From Anthoceros angustus (taxonomy: Eukaryota > Plantae > Anthocerotophyta), in contig VJWM01000358.1 in NCBI GenBank assembly GCA_010909165.1, positions 1 to 40,993 of the forward strand: a stretch of 40,993 bases of DNA, given 5' to 3'. Positions 11,831 through 24,399 of this stretch are shown in pieces (position 1 is the stretch's first letter; each line of letters opens with the position of its first letter). The position numbers were made by a program, and so were the translations under genes. Under the pieces are notes generated by a model. That model was not told the DNA's origin, did not search any database, and worked only from the letters and a program-made list of their open reading frames with translations.

Positions 11831-14800
11831 TACTCCCTTCTCATCTGTTGGCGTCTCCGCCAACACTAAAGCATAATCTTCTTCACCCGCCACCCGTTTC
11901 AGTGGGCGGCTCTCCATCTCTAGCATCGTGGGACCGGACCCGTTGTCATATACTTGCACCACTTGATGCGGACCCATCCATCTCGGTGAAGTTTGCACGG
12001 AAAATGCATGTGTGACTATCATAAAGGAGGGCGGTCCCCTTCCTTTACATACTCCCGATTCGCGATCGGCGATCGTGCCAAATCTTTTTGGTTTTGCACC
12101 TGCATCTTGGTGAGCTTCTTCCACATCCTCTGTCTGAAACCCCAAGAGTCGCTCGGTGGCTTTCCTCTTGTCTCCTTCCATCATTACTCGAAAAGTGGGC
12201 ACTTCAAACTCTCGGCATTACGGGAGTGTCCGTAGGTCAAGTAAGGTCCGTTGTGTGGTCACCTTCTCTGCTGTCCGGGCATACAGTCGGATGGCGGCTT
12301 GGTATCCGATCATGGGCGTAGTTCTGTGAGTTTATTCGAGATCCTGCAGATGAGCCCATTTGTCTTCTCTCAGCCATTGGCCTTAGGATTGTAGGGTGCC
12401 GTCTTGCGATGATTGATGCGAAATACTCCGGCCACCACATCATTAAGGAAATGGGTTCCCCTATCACTTACCAAGCTGCGGCGGACATCCGTGCGGGTTA
12501 TGATGTTCTCGTGCGAATTTGGCCACGGTATTTGCGAGTCCGTTCTTGTCGCCCGCCTCTACCCACACAGTGCGATGTCCGTTGCCACCGGGATGTATCT
12601 CCTTTGTGTGTGTCTTGTCGTGGTGTATGGGTCCAACAAAGTCAATACCCCACTTTTCGAAGGTGCGGTGCCAATATCGTACTAGCGGCCTTTGTCGTCG
12701 GGGTTGGCTTTCCGATCCTGACAAGCATCACACTTCTTCCTCGGTGGGTGTCCCCATACATTGTTGGCCACCGATCCGCTTCAAAATCTTTTGGTGGTGA
12801 CTGTAGTGTCCACCCCAATCCTTTGCATTCCCTTGGCCTCCCTGTCTCTGGGTTGCAAGTACCTTCGTTCTACTCGTTAATTTGAACACACACCGTTGTA
12901 CATTACGAAGGGTCGAGCATAGTGCACGAATGCCTCCCTCATCCACGAGTGATTTTGAAGCTCCATTCCCAGTCGCTCTATTTCTTCGTGGGTCGGACGA
13001 CGGCGGACCCTCCCTTCTTACGCTAAGGCTGCAGTTCTCGTAGCTTGGGGTTCGGTCTGGGCTCCTCCGGTTGTACTTTTCTGCAACCAATGTCTCATCC
13101 GGAGCGCATCTTCACGATCTCTCAACACTGCTGTTTTCAATCGTGGACGAAATGCATTTTGGTCTTGCCTCCCTTGTCTTGTTTCCACTTGACGTGAACT
13201 CCTGCGCAGCAACAATATCCACCTTGCTATCCGTCCGGACAGTCCGTCTTATTCACCGGATGCTTGCAAAGTGGTCTACATAGAACACAAACTCTTTGGT
13301 AGTAGGTAGTGTCGAATTTCTTGTGGCATATACCATACCCGTGCTTGGCTCTGTAGTTGTGTATTTTCGTTCAGCGTGGGTGGTATCGTCCGTAGTATAC
13401 GGGATAATCCCGCGCTTGTCGTCCTTCGGCTCTACTCGATAGCAAAGCGGACACATCTACATACACATGAAATTTCTGCTCGATCCGGTCCTCTTAGAAC
13501 CGTGCGCTTACCAAGGTGTTACCAAATCCGAAGGCCTCCTCTCGCTCACTGACCGGTCCAAACCTCCTCCTTCGCGATGGATTACATCAACTTAGCCCTC
13601 TTAAAGTCCTTAATAAACCGTGGTATCCCACCATTCCGAAACCTCTCGGCTCCTTTAGGTTCGTCGGTGGAGGCGGATGACCGGACCTTGTCTGGTCCAC
13701 CTCGATTCCCGCGACACGATGTCACAAGATTCCCTCCGTCATTCCAAAGTAGCATTTCTCGGTGTAGGCTCAATTGAGTCTCCGGCGCTCAAGCACCTTC
13801 TTAGATGCCCAAGGTGTTTGTCCGCTCCCCATGCACACAAAATCATCCAGAATATCTCCATGAAGTCCCTCGAAGTCACGGAAGGCGTTGGTCACCATAC
13901 GCATGAGCGACCACAGCTCGGTCATCCCAAAGGCACTTCTCTTGTAGGCAAACGTACCCCACTCCGTAGTGAAGGTCGTCTTGTCGGTCACTCCCTTAGG
14001 TGCAATTGGTTATATCCGGAGTAGCCATCCGAGGAAGGAGTAAGTAGTCCGTCCGACCACCTTGTCCAAAATGTCGTCTGAATGGCATCGGAAGTGGTCC
14101 TTCTCGTTCGTTGAGCTTCCTCAATCTTGGCATACCGAATTTGTCTGGTTGTTTCTTGGGAACCACCACAATCGGTAGCGACCCACTCATTGTTGACGAT
14201 GGGGAAAATGATGTGCCTCCGGTATCAAGGACCTCCTTCACCTTGATCGAATACTTGGGGTTGAGCTTGTATTGTCGGATTGATGGCACGCTCCGGCTTC
14301 AAATCGATCTTATGCTCTCCCACTTCTTGAATGCCCTTCATGTCCGTGACCTTGAAACACCATAAAACTCCCCCGGTGCTTTAGTCCTTCCTTGGTCCGG
14401 AGGCATGCCTTTCTTAAACTTGAATTTGTGGCGGACCTCCACTTCTTCCACGTCGTCCGGGTTCACCGTCTCCGTTCCGTCTTTGCCTCATGCGTCCAAA
14501 CCCCTCGTCCTCCTCTCGGGATCGTCCTCTCGCATCCCCATTCTCGAAGAGCTCGTCGGAGGTGAATCGTGTTACTCCTTGATGTCGCTTTTCCTTGGTC
14601 CGACTCTTGTTGTCCCCCTTGTCTTTGGTCACCTCCTCTTCACTTCCTTCCTCCGGCCCGTTGTGGCGTTTACTCAAAACAATCAACCACTTCCGCACCA
14701 AAGGCATCCCGGTAGTCCATCTCCTCCTCGGACCGGCGGATCTTGGCGAAAGTCGCCTCCTCGGAACTATCTTGTTCGTCGCGTGGAGTCCTCCGAGGTA

Positions 14801-17277
14801 TACCCCGGTAGTGCTCACGGTTTCCCCACAATAGGTGTCCTTGCTCCGGTGATAACCCTCCCTTCTCGCACCTTAGGGTCCCGTCCACCGGCTTGAAGTG
14901 AATCTCCTTCCTTCCAAAGTGTAGCTGCAGGCCAACCCATGGCCGCCCAGCAACACCTCATACCCTAATGGTCGGCGGTTTGATCACAACAAAATCCGGT
15001 TTGTAGGGTGCAGGCTATGGTGGCCAAGACTCGGTTAACTCCCGCGGATCTCTTCTTGACATATACGCCATTCTCGAGTCTTCGTTGAGGTTGAAGGATG
15101 TGAAGCCCAATTTTTGCGTGGCTTCATGATGAGGTTGACTCGGACCCGTGTCCAGCAGTACATCCTTGATGATACATCCAATCTCCACTTGTACCACTGG
15201 CCCGTATGGGACACCACCCTCACTTCCGTGCTACCCTTCACGGCTTTGGTGCTCATGGTGGGTTCCCCTAACGGCCCACGGACCTCTTGATTTGGGTTAT
15301 CCCTCGGCGGTATCGAAAGGACACAAGGTCTGCGATTCATCATCGTCGCCACATTAAAGGCGAGGCTTCTACCCCAATCGAGGATCCTGCTGCTGCGTCC
15401 TCATCCTCTCCCGGGTCACTTGTGTTACGGTATTCTCCGGATGCTTGCGCATTTCCTCCTGCAACATCTCGGTCACCTCCGGACTCGTCCGGTGGAAGCT
15501 AACGTCGGTCGCGGCACCGTTCCCTTCTCCATCTGTCAGAACTTCCTTGGGTAATCCCTCGGAGGCTGCCGTCCAGCCCTCCTTCATCGGTCGGATCCTC
15601 TGCTGGTATTTCCGTTTGATTGCCTTCCTCGTCGTGGCGCTTCCTCGATCTTGTTCTTCTTCATGGCGCCTTTCTCGCTCCTTCCTTTCTGAGTAGACAC
15701 CTCAAGATTTCCACTACTCCCTTCCTTTGACACCCCACTACCTTCTTGTTCTTTCCATCTCGCGTAGGATCTCTCTTCCCTCCATGGCCCAGCATCTTGA
15801 CTTGCCGTCAGATCTTAGGAGGTGGCGTTGGTGGTCGAGTTCTCCGCTTGGTGTGGCATATCGTACCGTCCTTGCGGGGTTGGGACATAGCGTCTTGCTG
15901 TCGGCCCTTGCGATCGCCACACCGCTCGAAGTCCCCATTACCACCTCGTTGGAGTGCGGACAGCGTTGGAGTAATGGCGAGATTCCGCGGTTCCACGGAC
16001 CACGGCCGTCGGAGGATACGAAGGGCTCCCATGCGGTCTTTGCATCGGTGGGGCCCGTTGTATTAGCGGACCTCCGGTTGGCGGATACATGGTTTTGGGA
16101 TATCGCGGCCCGGAGGGCTTCACAACGATAGGCCTCTTCCCATTGCTCCTCGGCCTCCTCCTCGTATTCGTAGTCCACTTGATGCACCGGCCTTGAGGCG
16201 GTTGGACTTCGAATGGCCGTGTTCGGCACACGGCGATCTTGCGTTAGCCGTGTCGGTGTTTTCCGCGCTCTCGGTCCTTAACACAGTTTATCGCGGTCCT
16301 CTACTCTCTTTATCACTTTTCCGGTCCTCCGGACACTACCTCCTTTGAGGGAGTCGGGTCGTGAGCTTCTCGGACGGTCTTGGTGTCACCACCTCCTTCT
16401 TACCACCTTCTTTTTAGCGCCTTTTGCTCTTCTTCTTGCGGGGATACTCTTCCTCGCTAGAGACCTCTCTTCTTGGACTGCTCCTCCTCAAGACACCTCC
16501 GATTGGTCTTCCTCCTCCTCACGAAGACTCTTCCTCCTCAAGTCGAACCCGTTTCTTCTTCTTCTTCTTGCCTCCTTGAGTTCTTTATCCTCGATGTAGC
16601 GATTCCTCGTAGTTTTGGCTCGACCGCCTTGCCACGTCCTTCTCGGCGGGGGCGTGCACAGCCATGGGTTTGGCTAGGCCGGCCGAACCACCGTCGCTTG
16701 CATCGTGGTATGGGTTGGATGCGATCCCTCGGGGCATAGAACCGCTCGATGTCTGAGCCCGGCTTCTCCTTCTTCCTCGCTTGATTTTCCAACTTTGATA
16801 ATACATACCCTCACAGGTGATCCTCGAAACCGTTCTAAGAAGGCATTTTCAAAGCTTCAAGCAGGCGGGTGGGGCATTCTCTCGGTGGTACTTTCTCCGA
16901 TACCATTGAGCGTGTCCTCGGAGAACCCCTTGGAAAATTTGGGATGAGGCTGGCGTCGACTCCCTCTCCCGTTGAAGTTGGCTTTGGACAAAGTCCTCCA
17001 CAAAGGTCTCGCATCCGCTCCTTCTTCCCTCCGAATATGGATGCGCTTGTTTGGTCGGTAGGGGCCATGGCTGCGCCATCGATGGGTTAGGCGTGTGTCC
17101 TACCTTCTTCCGTTGGCGTCCCTCGTACCCGTCTTGGTCCGCAATTCGACCACGTTCTCCCTCCTCGATCGGCGGTGCTCTCTCGTTGGGTTTGGCGTCT
17201 CTCCTCTCACAGCTCGGAGAGCACCGAGGTGACGTCCGATCCTCTGACAGTTCACTCTTGGCCGTCGACTCACGCAT
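11795..17277 (-). CDS. gag-pol: Gag-Pol polyprotein (frameshifted in this sequence)
   Basis: Gag FQGVLRGHAQWY near 16900; protease VLLDTG near 15150; RT RQYKLNPKYSIKVKE near 14270, FTTEWGTFAYKR and ILDDFVC near 13850-13980; RNase H YTTTE..GMVYA...FVFYVDH near 13270-13370; integrase FEKWGIDFVGPI near 12650 and PRWMGPHQV near 11980. Confidence 0.9.
11831..11846 (-). other. Polypurine tract
   Basis: Minus strand AGATGAGAAGGGAGTA abuts the TGTGGGCTAT start of the 3' LTR. Confidence 0.8.
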
Positions 17278-17323
17278 TCACTTACCTTCTCTTCCTAAGG
17301 GCGCGCTGCGGCACCGCGATTTC

Positions 17324-17341
17324 ATTCCCGACAGCGCGCCA
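17324..17341 (-). other. Primer-binding site, resembling the plant tRNA-Asp (Athila-type) PBS
   Basis: Minus strand TGGCGCGCTGTCGGGAAT lies 3 nt inside the 5' LTR end (..CCGCCACA-TTT-TGG). It is similar to TGGCGCCGTTGCCGGGGA with an indel and substitutions; the tRNA identity is tentative. Confidence 0.6.
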
Positions 17342-17344
17342 AAA

Positions 17345-18803
17345 TGTGGCGGGACTTTTCGATGGCCGGTAGGCGCGCACAATCCGTGTCGTTGTAGGAA
17401 GAAGTCCGTTCCCAAGGGAATGATAGGCCCGTTTACCGCGTTTGGTGATTCTTACCGTCCTTAGCGCTCGTTCGGTCTCAACACACACACATACTCTAAC
17501 TACTCTGGCGTTCAGAGCCGGTATGGCCAAGCGTTTGAGACCCGTTCGCGTCCGTATCGTTCACATACATCCTTCACGCATCAGTCCTTTCCTCTCCTCT
17601 CACGCTACACTCTTGATCTTAGAAAAGCCGGGTTTCTGTGATCCGGACCTCCTCGTCGTTCGCGGGCCTCTCGTCCGGGCTCTACACACCCTCCGGAGTT
17701 CCTCCGGCTCACGCGTTCGATCCGTTCGGTGTCGGACGCGGCTCGGGGAACACGGATCACCCATCACCCTTCCACACACACACCGCGTTAAGTCGTCACG
17801 GGACCTTGATCAATCTCCCGGGTATCGTGCACCTTTCGGTGACTCGGGACTCACGTTAGCAGAAGACTCACAAGGTGCAGCAGCGGCATCAACACCAAGA
17901 AGATGCTTTACTAGGCGACCTCGGCCCCTCTTATCTGCGCCCAAGGTGGCGTCTTTATTACACCCCTATTACGGTGATAGCCATTTCGGTATACCTAATA
18001 CGCCTACCGGCCTATCCCCTATCTCCTTCGCCGTGTGGTGGGAAGGTCACAGGCCCCTCGGAATGGGTGGTCAATCCCGTCACGGCGGTTGTGGTGCACC
18101 AATCGGATGATCGTGGGCCCCTCCTCTCCCGGAATCACAGCCGGGTTGGGCTCTGGCGGCGTGACCGCCGTTACCACGGCGTCATCCTCCCCAGCCCCTC
18201 ACGGGTCCTTGCGGTGGGGCCACGGCTCAGCTCCCCTAAGCGTAAGTCGGGGCTCCTCCTTCTTCTCTTGGGTCCTCGAGGTCTGTCTCGACTCCACGAA
18301 CTTGAGTCGGCTTATTCACAGGTCCCGGCTAGGTCAGAGCCTTGTCTGCAGGTCGGACCTCGGGGTCGGTTATTCAGGGTCAGGACTTGAGGTCAGGACT
18401 TATTCAGTCCGGACTTGGTCAGGACTTATTCGGTCCGGACTTGAGGTCCGGACTTTGAGTCGGACTTGGTCAGGCCTCCCCTCTGAGGTCAGGACAAAGT
18501 CGGACTCGCCCACCAGGTTCCTCCCTCAGGGACTCCTCAGTGGCTCTCCCTCGAGAGTCCTCATTTGTTCCCAGGTTACTGCAGGCGTGCCCATCCTATT
18601 TTGACACGGGTAGGTTCGGACTTATCCGTTACTCGGCGGTGAGTCGGAGCTTGCCATCAGTGATGCAGGTCCGTTGTTCCTCAGTCAGGGAATATACTCG
18701 ACCTCGTCGGGCGCTTTAATTTATTCCTCCTTTTCCGCCTTATTTATCCTTCAATCCTAAAAGCGAAACCCTACTTATTTCCTAACTCCCGAAGTGCATA
18801 GCC
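17345..18803 (-). repeat. 5' LTR with an internal GGTC(C/A)GGACTT tandem array at about 18340-18500
   Basis: Begins tgtggcgggactttt and matches 10399-11826. The terminal CACA appears eroded (atagcc then attgc). Confidence 0.88.
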
Positions 18804-19574
18804 ATTGCGTTCATGTATTCCATGAGCGACCCGGCGTAACATTCCCAGCAGGCTGCGTTAATCGGCCCGGTGATAGTCCTGTCCATCACTCCTCCATGTC
18901 GGTGCGGTGGACCACGAGGTTAGCACCTTCTCCACCACTTCAAGAAGGAGGCGATGGCGCCCGTCATGGCGGCGTCGATTACGGCATTGGACTTAGCTGT
19001 TGTTGCTACCATACTCAGGAGCTCCATTGGGTGGATGCCCCACCTTGTTGCGGCCTTGGGCGGTGGCCCCTCCCAGTGGTCATGGCCCCATTCTACGCCT
19101 TACCAAGCACCGGGTTAGCCCCAGACTCTCGCCCTTGCATCTTGGCTCACCCAGGCGCCCGCCCCTCGCTAGGTCTGCCATGCTCGCTGCACCTCTTCCT
19201 CTTAGCCCACGCTGCCTCGAGCTCAGCGATGAGCTCGGCCAGCTCTTCTCATGCGCCTCCTCAAACCAGCCTCACTGATTCGATCTTCCGGCGGCTCCAC
19301 GTCCAGAGATAGCGCGGATGCACGCAAGTTCTGCCGTGATGACCTGCTGTGAGGCCCTGGGTCTCGCCCACTTCGCCCACACACCGCAAACCCAACTCGA
19401 GACATATGAGTACCGTGCATGGCAAAGTTCACCATTAACCAGGCATTCTGAGGCATGACAATGACAAGCCCGAACCCACCAGCGTTGTCAAACACATTGC
19501 GATCCGGGCGGATTGTGCGTGTTCACTTACCGGAGATCTTAGATTGTTGTCCAGCCGCGGCGCTCCCTCGGCCG

Positions 19575-21097
19575 TGTGCCGACTTTCGATGGAAGCGCCG
19601 TAATCCCGTGTCGTTGTGGTAGGGAAGAGTCCGGTTCCAAGGGAATGGTCTGCTTATTCGCACGAGCCCTCATCGCTGAATCTGGACTTCATCGGTTGGG
19701 TCCGGCGGTCTATTGCAACCCAAGTGTGTGTGCCCTCCACAACTGCTTCGGGCGGACTTCCCACAAACCCAGCCCGGATTTCTCGATGCTAGGAGCGGGT
19801 TTACAGCGTTCCGATCGGACTCACGTACTCTAGCGTGCCCTCAGCTCTCCACAACTCCACCTCAACACACACGCGTAGCGACTCTTCTCCCTTATCCATT
19901 TCCAGAGTGGTCACACCAACCAGCCGAGTGTATTCACGGGGCCACCTTTGCCAAGGTGCTTCCGTTGAATGGCTTTCTGACTGCAACCAGCCTCGTTCCG
20001 GCCTCAGGATGGCTTCCAATGATCGCTTAAGCGCCTCCTAATCCCCTCGGGCACTTCACGTTAGAAGTGGCTTGCATCCCACCTCGTTCAGCCTCAAGGA
20101 TGGCTCCAGACCAGTCGCCCCAGCGCCTCCTAATCCCCTCATTTGCTTGCGTAATAGCGGCTGCATCCCAAGCCTCCGTTCAGTGACCTCAAGGTTAGTC
20201 ACCTTTTAGAAATCACCCACTTGAGCACCTCACGAGCTCGGGCCACGGCCCAGTGCACCATCAGCGTGTTGGCGGAGCTCGTCACGAGCTCTAAGCACAT
20301 CCCTCTACCACCAATTAATCACTTGCGGTGTGCCGGGAACTCACTCCGCTCTCCGAGCCGACACACAGGCCGAAGATGGTACCGGGATGTGCAGGATCTT
20401 GGGCGCTTGAGCCTTCTATACTCCCATACCTAACCTAACCCGCCTGTATGTATATCTAACCTCACTATGTATGTACCTTAACAGGGTAGTAATAGCCGGG
20501 GCGTAGCTCATCAACTGGCGGACTTCTGCACCATTGCTTCCACAGCAGTGATCCATGCGGCGTGCCACCCAAACTAAACCACCGGCGAACCACTCGGTCG
20601 GACTTCGCCGGGCAGACCACTCGCCCGGAACCTCTCAAGGCAGACCACCGTCAGACCTACGCGGGCAGACCCTCCATCGAACCTACGCCCGAGCCAGAAC
20701 CCTCCGTCAGACCCTCCGGGCAGACCCTCGTAGACTTCGCCGGGCAGACCACTCCGTCAGACCTACCGCCCAGGCAGACCCTCAAGCCAGACCTACCCGA
20801 GCAGACCCTCCGTCAGACCTCGCCCGGGCAGACCCTCAGCCAGACCCTCGCCGGGCCAGACCCAGACCTGCCAGACCGGGCCCCGTCGGACCTCGCCCGG
20901 GCGGACCACTCCGTCGGACCCTGGCCCGGGCCGGACCCTCCCGTGGACCTCGCCAGACGGACCGAGGAGTCTAGGGATTGCTTTATAAGTGCAATCGGCA
21001 ACCTGCCTTATTGGCTAACTCCTCCTATCCCTCTGCTTGATGCGGACCAAGAAAAAAAGCAAAACCGCGGAAATGCGGACATGGTTGGCACTCCACA
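19575..21097 (-). mobile_element. Probable solo LTR of a related Ty3/gypsy family
   Basis: Starts tgtgccgactttcgatgg...ccgtgtcgttgt.gtagggaagagtccggttccaagggaatg, similar to the LTR start at 17345. Ends aaaagcaaaacc...ccaca, like aaaagcgaaacc...ccaca. No adjacent PBS or internal domains; no clean TSD. Confidence 0.6.
20560..20960 (+). repeat. Degenerate short-period tandem array (GGGCAGACC..CCGTCAGACC type) within the solo LTR
   Basis: Repeated gggcagacc / ccgtcagacc / cggaccctc motifs. These generate the spurious Pro/Arg-rich ORFs 20555-20974 and 20562-21374. Confidence 0.85.
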
Positions 21098-22455
21098 CTC
21101 GCCCCTTAGATTCGCCTTGATTCCGCGTCTCATCGTCCATTGTGGCGCCTCCTCTCCCTCCTCGGTTTCGTTCTCCTCCACTCTCACCGGGCGCCCCCTT
21201 GCAGGCCTCCTTCCCGGCTGGAGCCGCTTGCCCCATCCTCACGCCTCCGTCCCCACCTCCTCCGCCCCACGGGCACGTCACGAGAAGGAGGCGCAAGGGA
21301 TGCTGGTCCTCATCACGGCATGCGCCTCTGTTTTGACCTCGCCTTGGGCGCAACCACATGGGTTCGATCCTTGAGCCGCCTTGCGGCCGTTGGTGGGCTG
21401 CAGGCGTCCCGGCTCTGCGGCTGCTGACCCTCGGCCGGCGCATGCGGCGCCATCCCCTGCAGCCATTGGCGTGCATGCGGCGAGCCACCCTCCCGCTGCG
21501 GCCATTGGTGCGCGATCGGCCCGATCACCCCTTCCCTACGGTGGCGTCGGCACGCAGCTGCCGGCCGTCATCCTCACTGCGGCCCTGCGCATCTGGTAAC
21601 CCGGCTTCTTTGCTGCGACCCTCGGTGTCTTGCCTTCAACCAACCCCTCATCTGCGATCCGAGACTTGGCGCATGCAATCGGCCCCCTCTGCCCTCCGGG
21701 TTTGGGCGGGCAAGCCGGCCATCCGCTGCCAGCCCGCCCTTTGTGGGCAAGCGACTGACACCTCATGCCGGCCGCTTGTTGGGGCCCCAAGGTGCGCCAC
21801 AGGCGGAGGGCTCCACCAAAGCGGCGGCATCGGGATGCCGCCCCTCGCATCGCGGACCGGCCGAGCCCCTCCGCTGCGCATGCTCGTCCGGCGGGGCCTT
21901 GTCTTCAAGCATTACTGTGGCGCCCTCAGGGTGTGCGGCCCTCCCGCGCCACCGCCTCGCGCTCACAGCGGCCAGCGTCGGGCGAGCGATTGCCCGCCGC
22001 TTGTTGCGCCAGCCATTTCCTCATCGTCGCCACATGATGGTGCTCCATGCCCCGGCCGCCATGCCTTCCGGTCGCCTCCCTCCTCCGTCCCGGCGCCCGA
22101 CATGGGTGTCGAGCTCCATGTCTTCCACCTCGCCGCCGCCCGCCCATAAACGCCTATGCTCGTGAGCTTCCACTTTGAAAAGTGGCACTTGGAGTTCTTG
22201 GTGAAGAGCCCCAACACTTCAAGAAAGGCCTCCTGTATGCAGACTTTCGGTGGCATTTGGCACCCCAATGCATCACCGTTGCCACCCGGTAGCTGTTTGG
22301 CGCTTCGCGCCAGCTGCGGTCTGCGGCTATTCGATTTCAACACCACCAGCGGTCGCCATTCTTGCATGTTGCCCTGCGCTTTCGATTGCGGTGCGGTTCC
22401 AACCTTCTAAGCGTATACGGCTTGCTTGGAGTCCGGACGATCGTTGACCGCTAGT

Positions 22456-23790
22456 CAACCTACCACTTCCGGCCTTTTCCGATGTGTTCACCATCTATCC
22501 ATGGCATCTACCGAGTACTTGCCTTTCCGCCTTGCAGCCTATAAATAGGAAGAAAAGTCCTTCGCATTTGGACCAATGTCACATGTGCATTGCCTATGGA
22601 TGGCATCCACATGGTATGTATGCATGATGGTGGTTGTGTCATGTGATGCATCCGAACATTTGTACCTAGATCTTTGTGCCATGGCACAATCCATGTATGT
22701 GCACCGTCATGCATGTCGGGAAGGGTACCATGCCACATATAAAGGTCACGTGCGATATATAGAAGACATAAAAATCAAAACCCAAGGAAAAGGTGCACGA
22801 CACGGCATCTACGTAGACATGGTCACATGCATCACATCAACGGGCATCATGCATACATACCATGTGCATGTGCATCGTGATATATGTTCGACGCGGTACT
22901 CGGCACATACGATCAGCGAATCTATAGAAAAGACCTAAAAATCAAAACCCAAGGAAAATGTGCACATGGAAAGCACATGGTATGCATGCATGCGGGATGG
23001 ATGGTTGACATGTGAAGTATGTGAACATGTATACCTAGATGCTCATCATGGGCACCTTTTCCATCTATGTGCATCGTGATGCATGTTCGTCTATGACACA
23101 TATATAGGTCGCGCATCTATATTCAAACTACGTAAACACCATAACCCAAGGAAAAGGCGTCGTTCTTGATGAATATCAATTGTTCAAGGCCAAGGACAAG
23201 TGGGATTACAAATATACCTAAGCACCTACCATCGTGAGGTGGCACTCCATCAAGCAGTTCCGGTTTTTGCCTATATATGTGGGCTACCCAACCATGGACT
23301 ACCAACTACGCTACTTGCCTATCCCCCGCCTATATATAGGAAGAAACGTCCTTGGCCCCGCTTTGGACCACGTCATGTGGTGTATGTGAACATGTCTACC
23401 TAGATGTGTGTCATGGCACAATCAACCTATGTGCATCGCGATGTTTGTAAGGCCTCGACACATATATAGGTCACCGCACCTATATAGAAAATACCGAAAT
23501 CATAAACCAAGGAAAAGGGCTAGTAGGTTGTTAAGCGCATAAATATCATTTGTTCAAAGGCCAAGGAGAAGTAGGACTCTAAATAGATCATAGTGCCTAC
23601 CATCGTCTGCGGTGGTGCTTCATCGAGAGTCCCGGTGGTTTTGCCTATATATGGGCTACCCAACCTATGATTCTTCGATTGTACATGTTTGTCATAAAGG
23701 ATAGGCAGCCATACTTAGTCCCTTCTTTTCTCTTTTCCCTCTTCTCACCTTTGGGAACCGCATTGTCTAGTGGGACCGTCGGTTGTTGTC
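22456..23790 (+). repeat. Left arm of a long imperfect inverted repeat, built of ~170-190 bp units and a larger module
   Basis: Units anchored on aaa(t)ca(t)aacccaaggaaaa at about 22770, 22939, 23135 and 23498. Module atatca.ttgttcaa(a)ggccaagga.aagt at about 23172 and 23542. Reverse-complement homology to 29790-31320. Confidence 0.8.
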
Positions 23791-24399
23791 TTTATGCAAT
23801 GGCGCACCTATGCGAGCAATGCTCACGACTAAGCTGAATGGTCGCATAGCCGTTTCATTTGGTGATTCTCGGTTTGGTCCAAAGGCCAAGGTCTTCCTTC
23901 CATTCATTGATTGACATATTGGTGCAAAGGCCAAGGAGTTTTGTTCCCTTCATTGCCAATGTAAGCTCCAAAGGCCAATGAGTATTTTCCCTTTCATGAC
24001 GGTCGGGGATGGTCCAAAGGGAAGGCCTTGTCTTATATAGGCGGCGAGGCGGGATAGGCAAGTACCGTGTAGTTGGGAAATGGATTTTCTTCACATGAAT
24101 CGGACCTTACATTCGGACCATTCGTCAATCCGAGATTACATTTTAGTCCTTGGCCTTTGGGCGTCAACGGAAATATCATGTCATGAACTAGTCCTCGGCC
24201 TGGCGAATAATGACAAACTTGTTTTCGTCATTGGGCCAAACAGGACTAGACGACATGATCTGACACGAAACACCAAGTCGTTGTGCTTTGGACCCGACCA
24301 CTACAGGCGAGCAAATTAGGCTTTGGACCGATTACAATTCACTGCGTCACCCCCTTCCTACCGCCATTCCACAACCACTCTTCCACTCGCGATCGCGGC

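Larger units (their letters stand above)
10399..18803 (-). mobile_element. Full-length Ty3/gypsy LTR retrotransposon nested in the IS3EU-like element
   Basis: Two ~1.45 kb direct repeats starting TGTGGCGGGACT. 5-bp TSD ATTGC at 10394-10398 and 18804-18808. PBS and PPT in minus orientation. Domain order gag-PR-RT-RH-INT. Confidence 0.92.
9650..22400 (-). pseudogene. Unidentified element-borne gene (about 2.8 kb once insertions are removed: about 22400-21098, 19574-18809, 10398-9650), interrupted by two LTR insertions
   Basis: GC-rich, coding-like minus-strand segments (PPKVCIQEAFLEVLGLFTKNSKCHF; MFDNAGGFGLVIVMPQNAWLMVNF). Removing the LTR element and one ATTGC leaves frames open across the junction (e.g. 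MDRTITGPINAACWECYAGSLMEYMNAMAASSMP). Possible splice donors gtaagt and gtgagc. No recognisable domain; strand and extent are tentative. Confidence 0.35.

Noticed and set aside
19567-21105. TSD for the solo LTR (ctcggccg versus ctcgcccc)
   Set aside because: The 5 bp flanking TG and CA do not match (ggccg versus ctcgc). The partial similarity may be noise.
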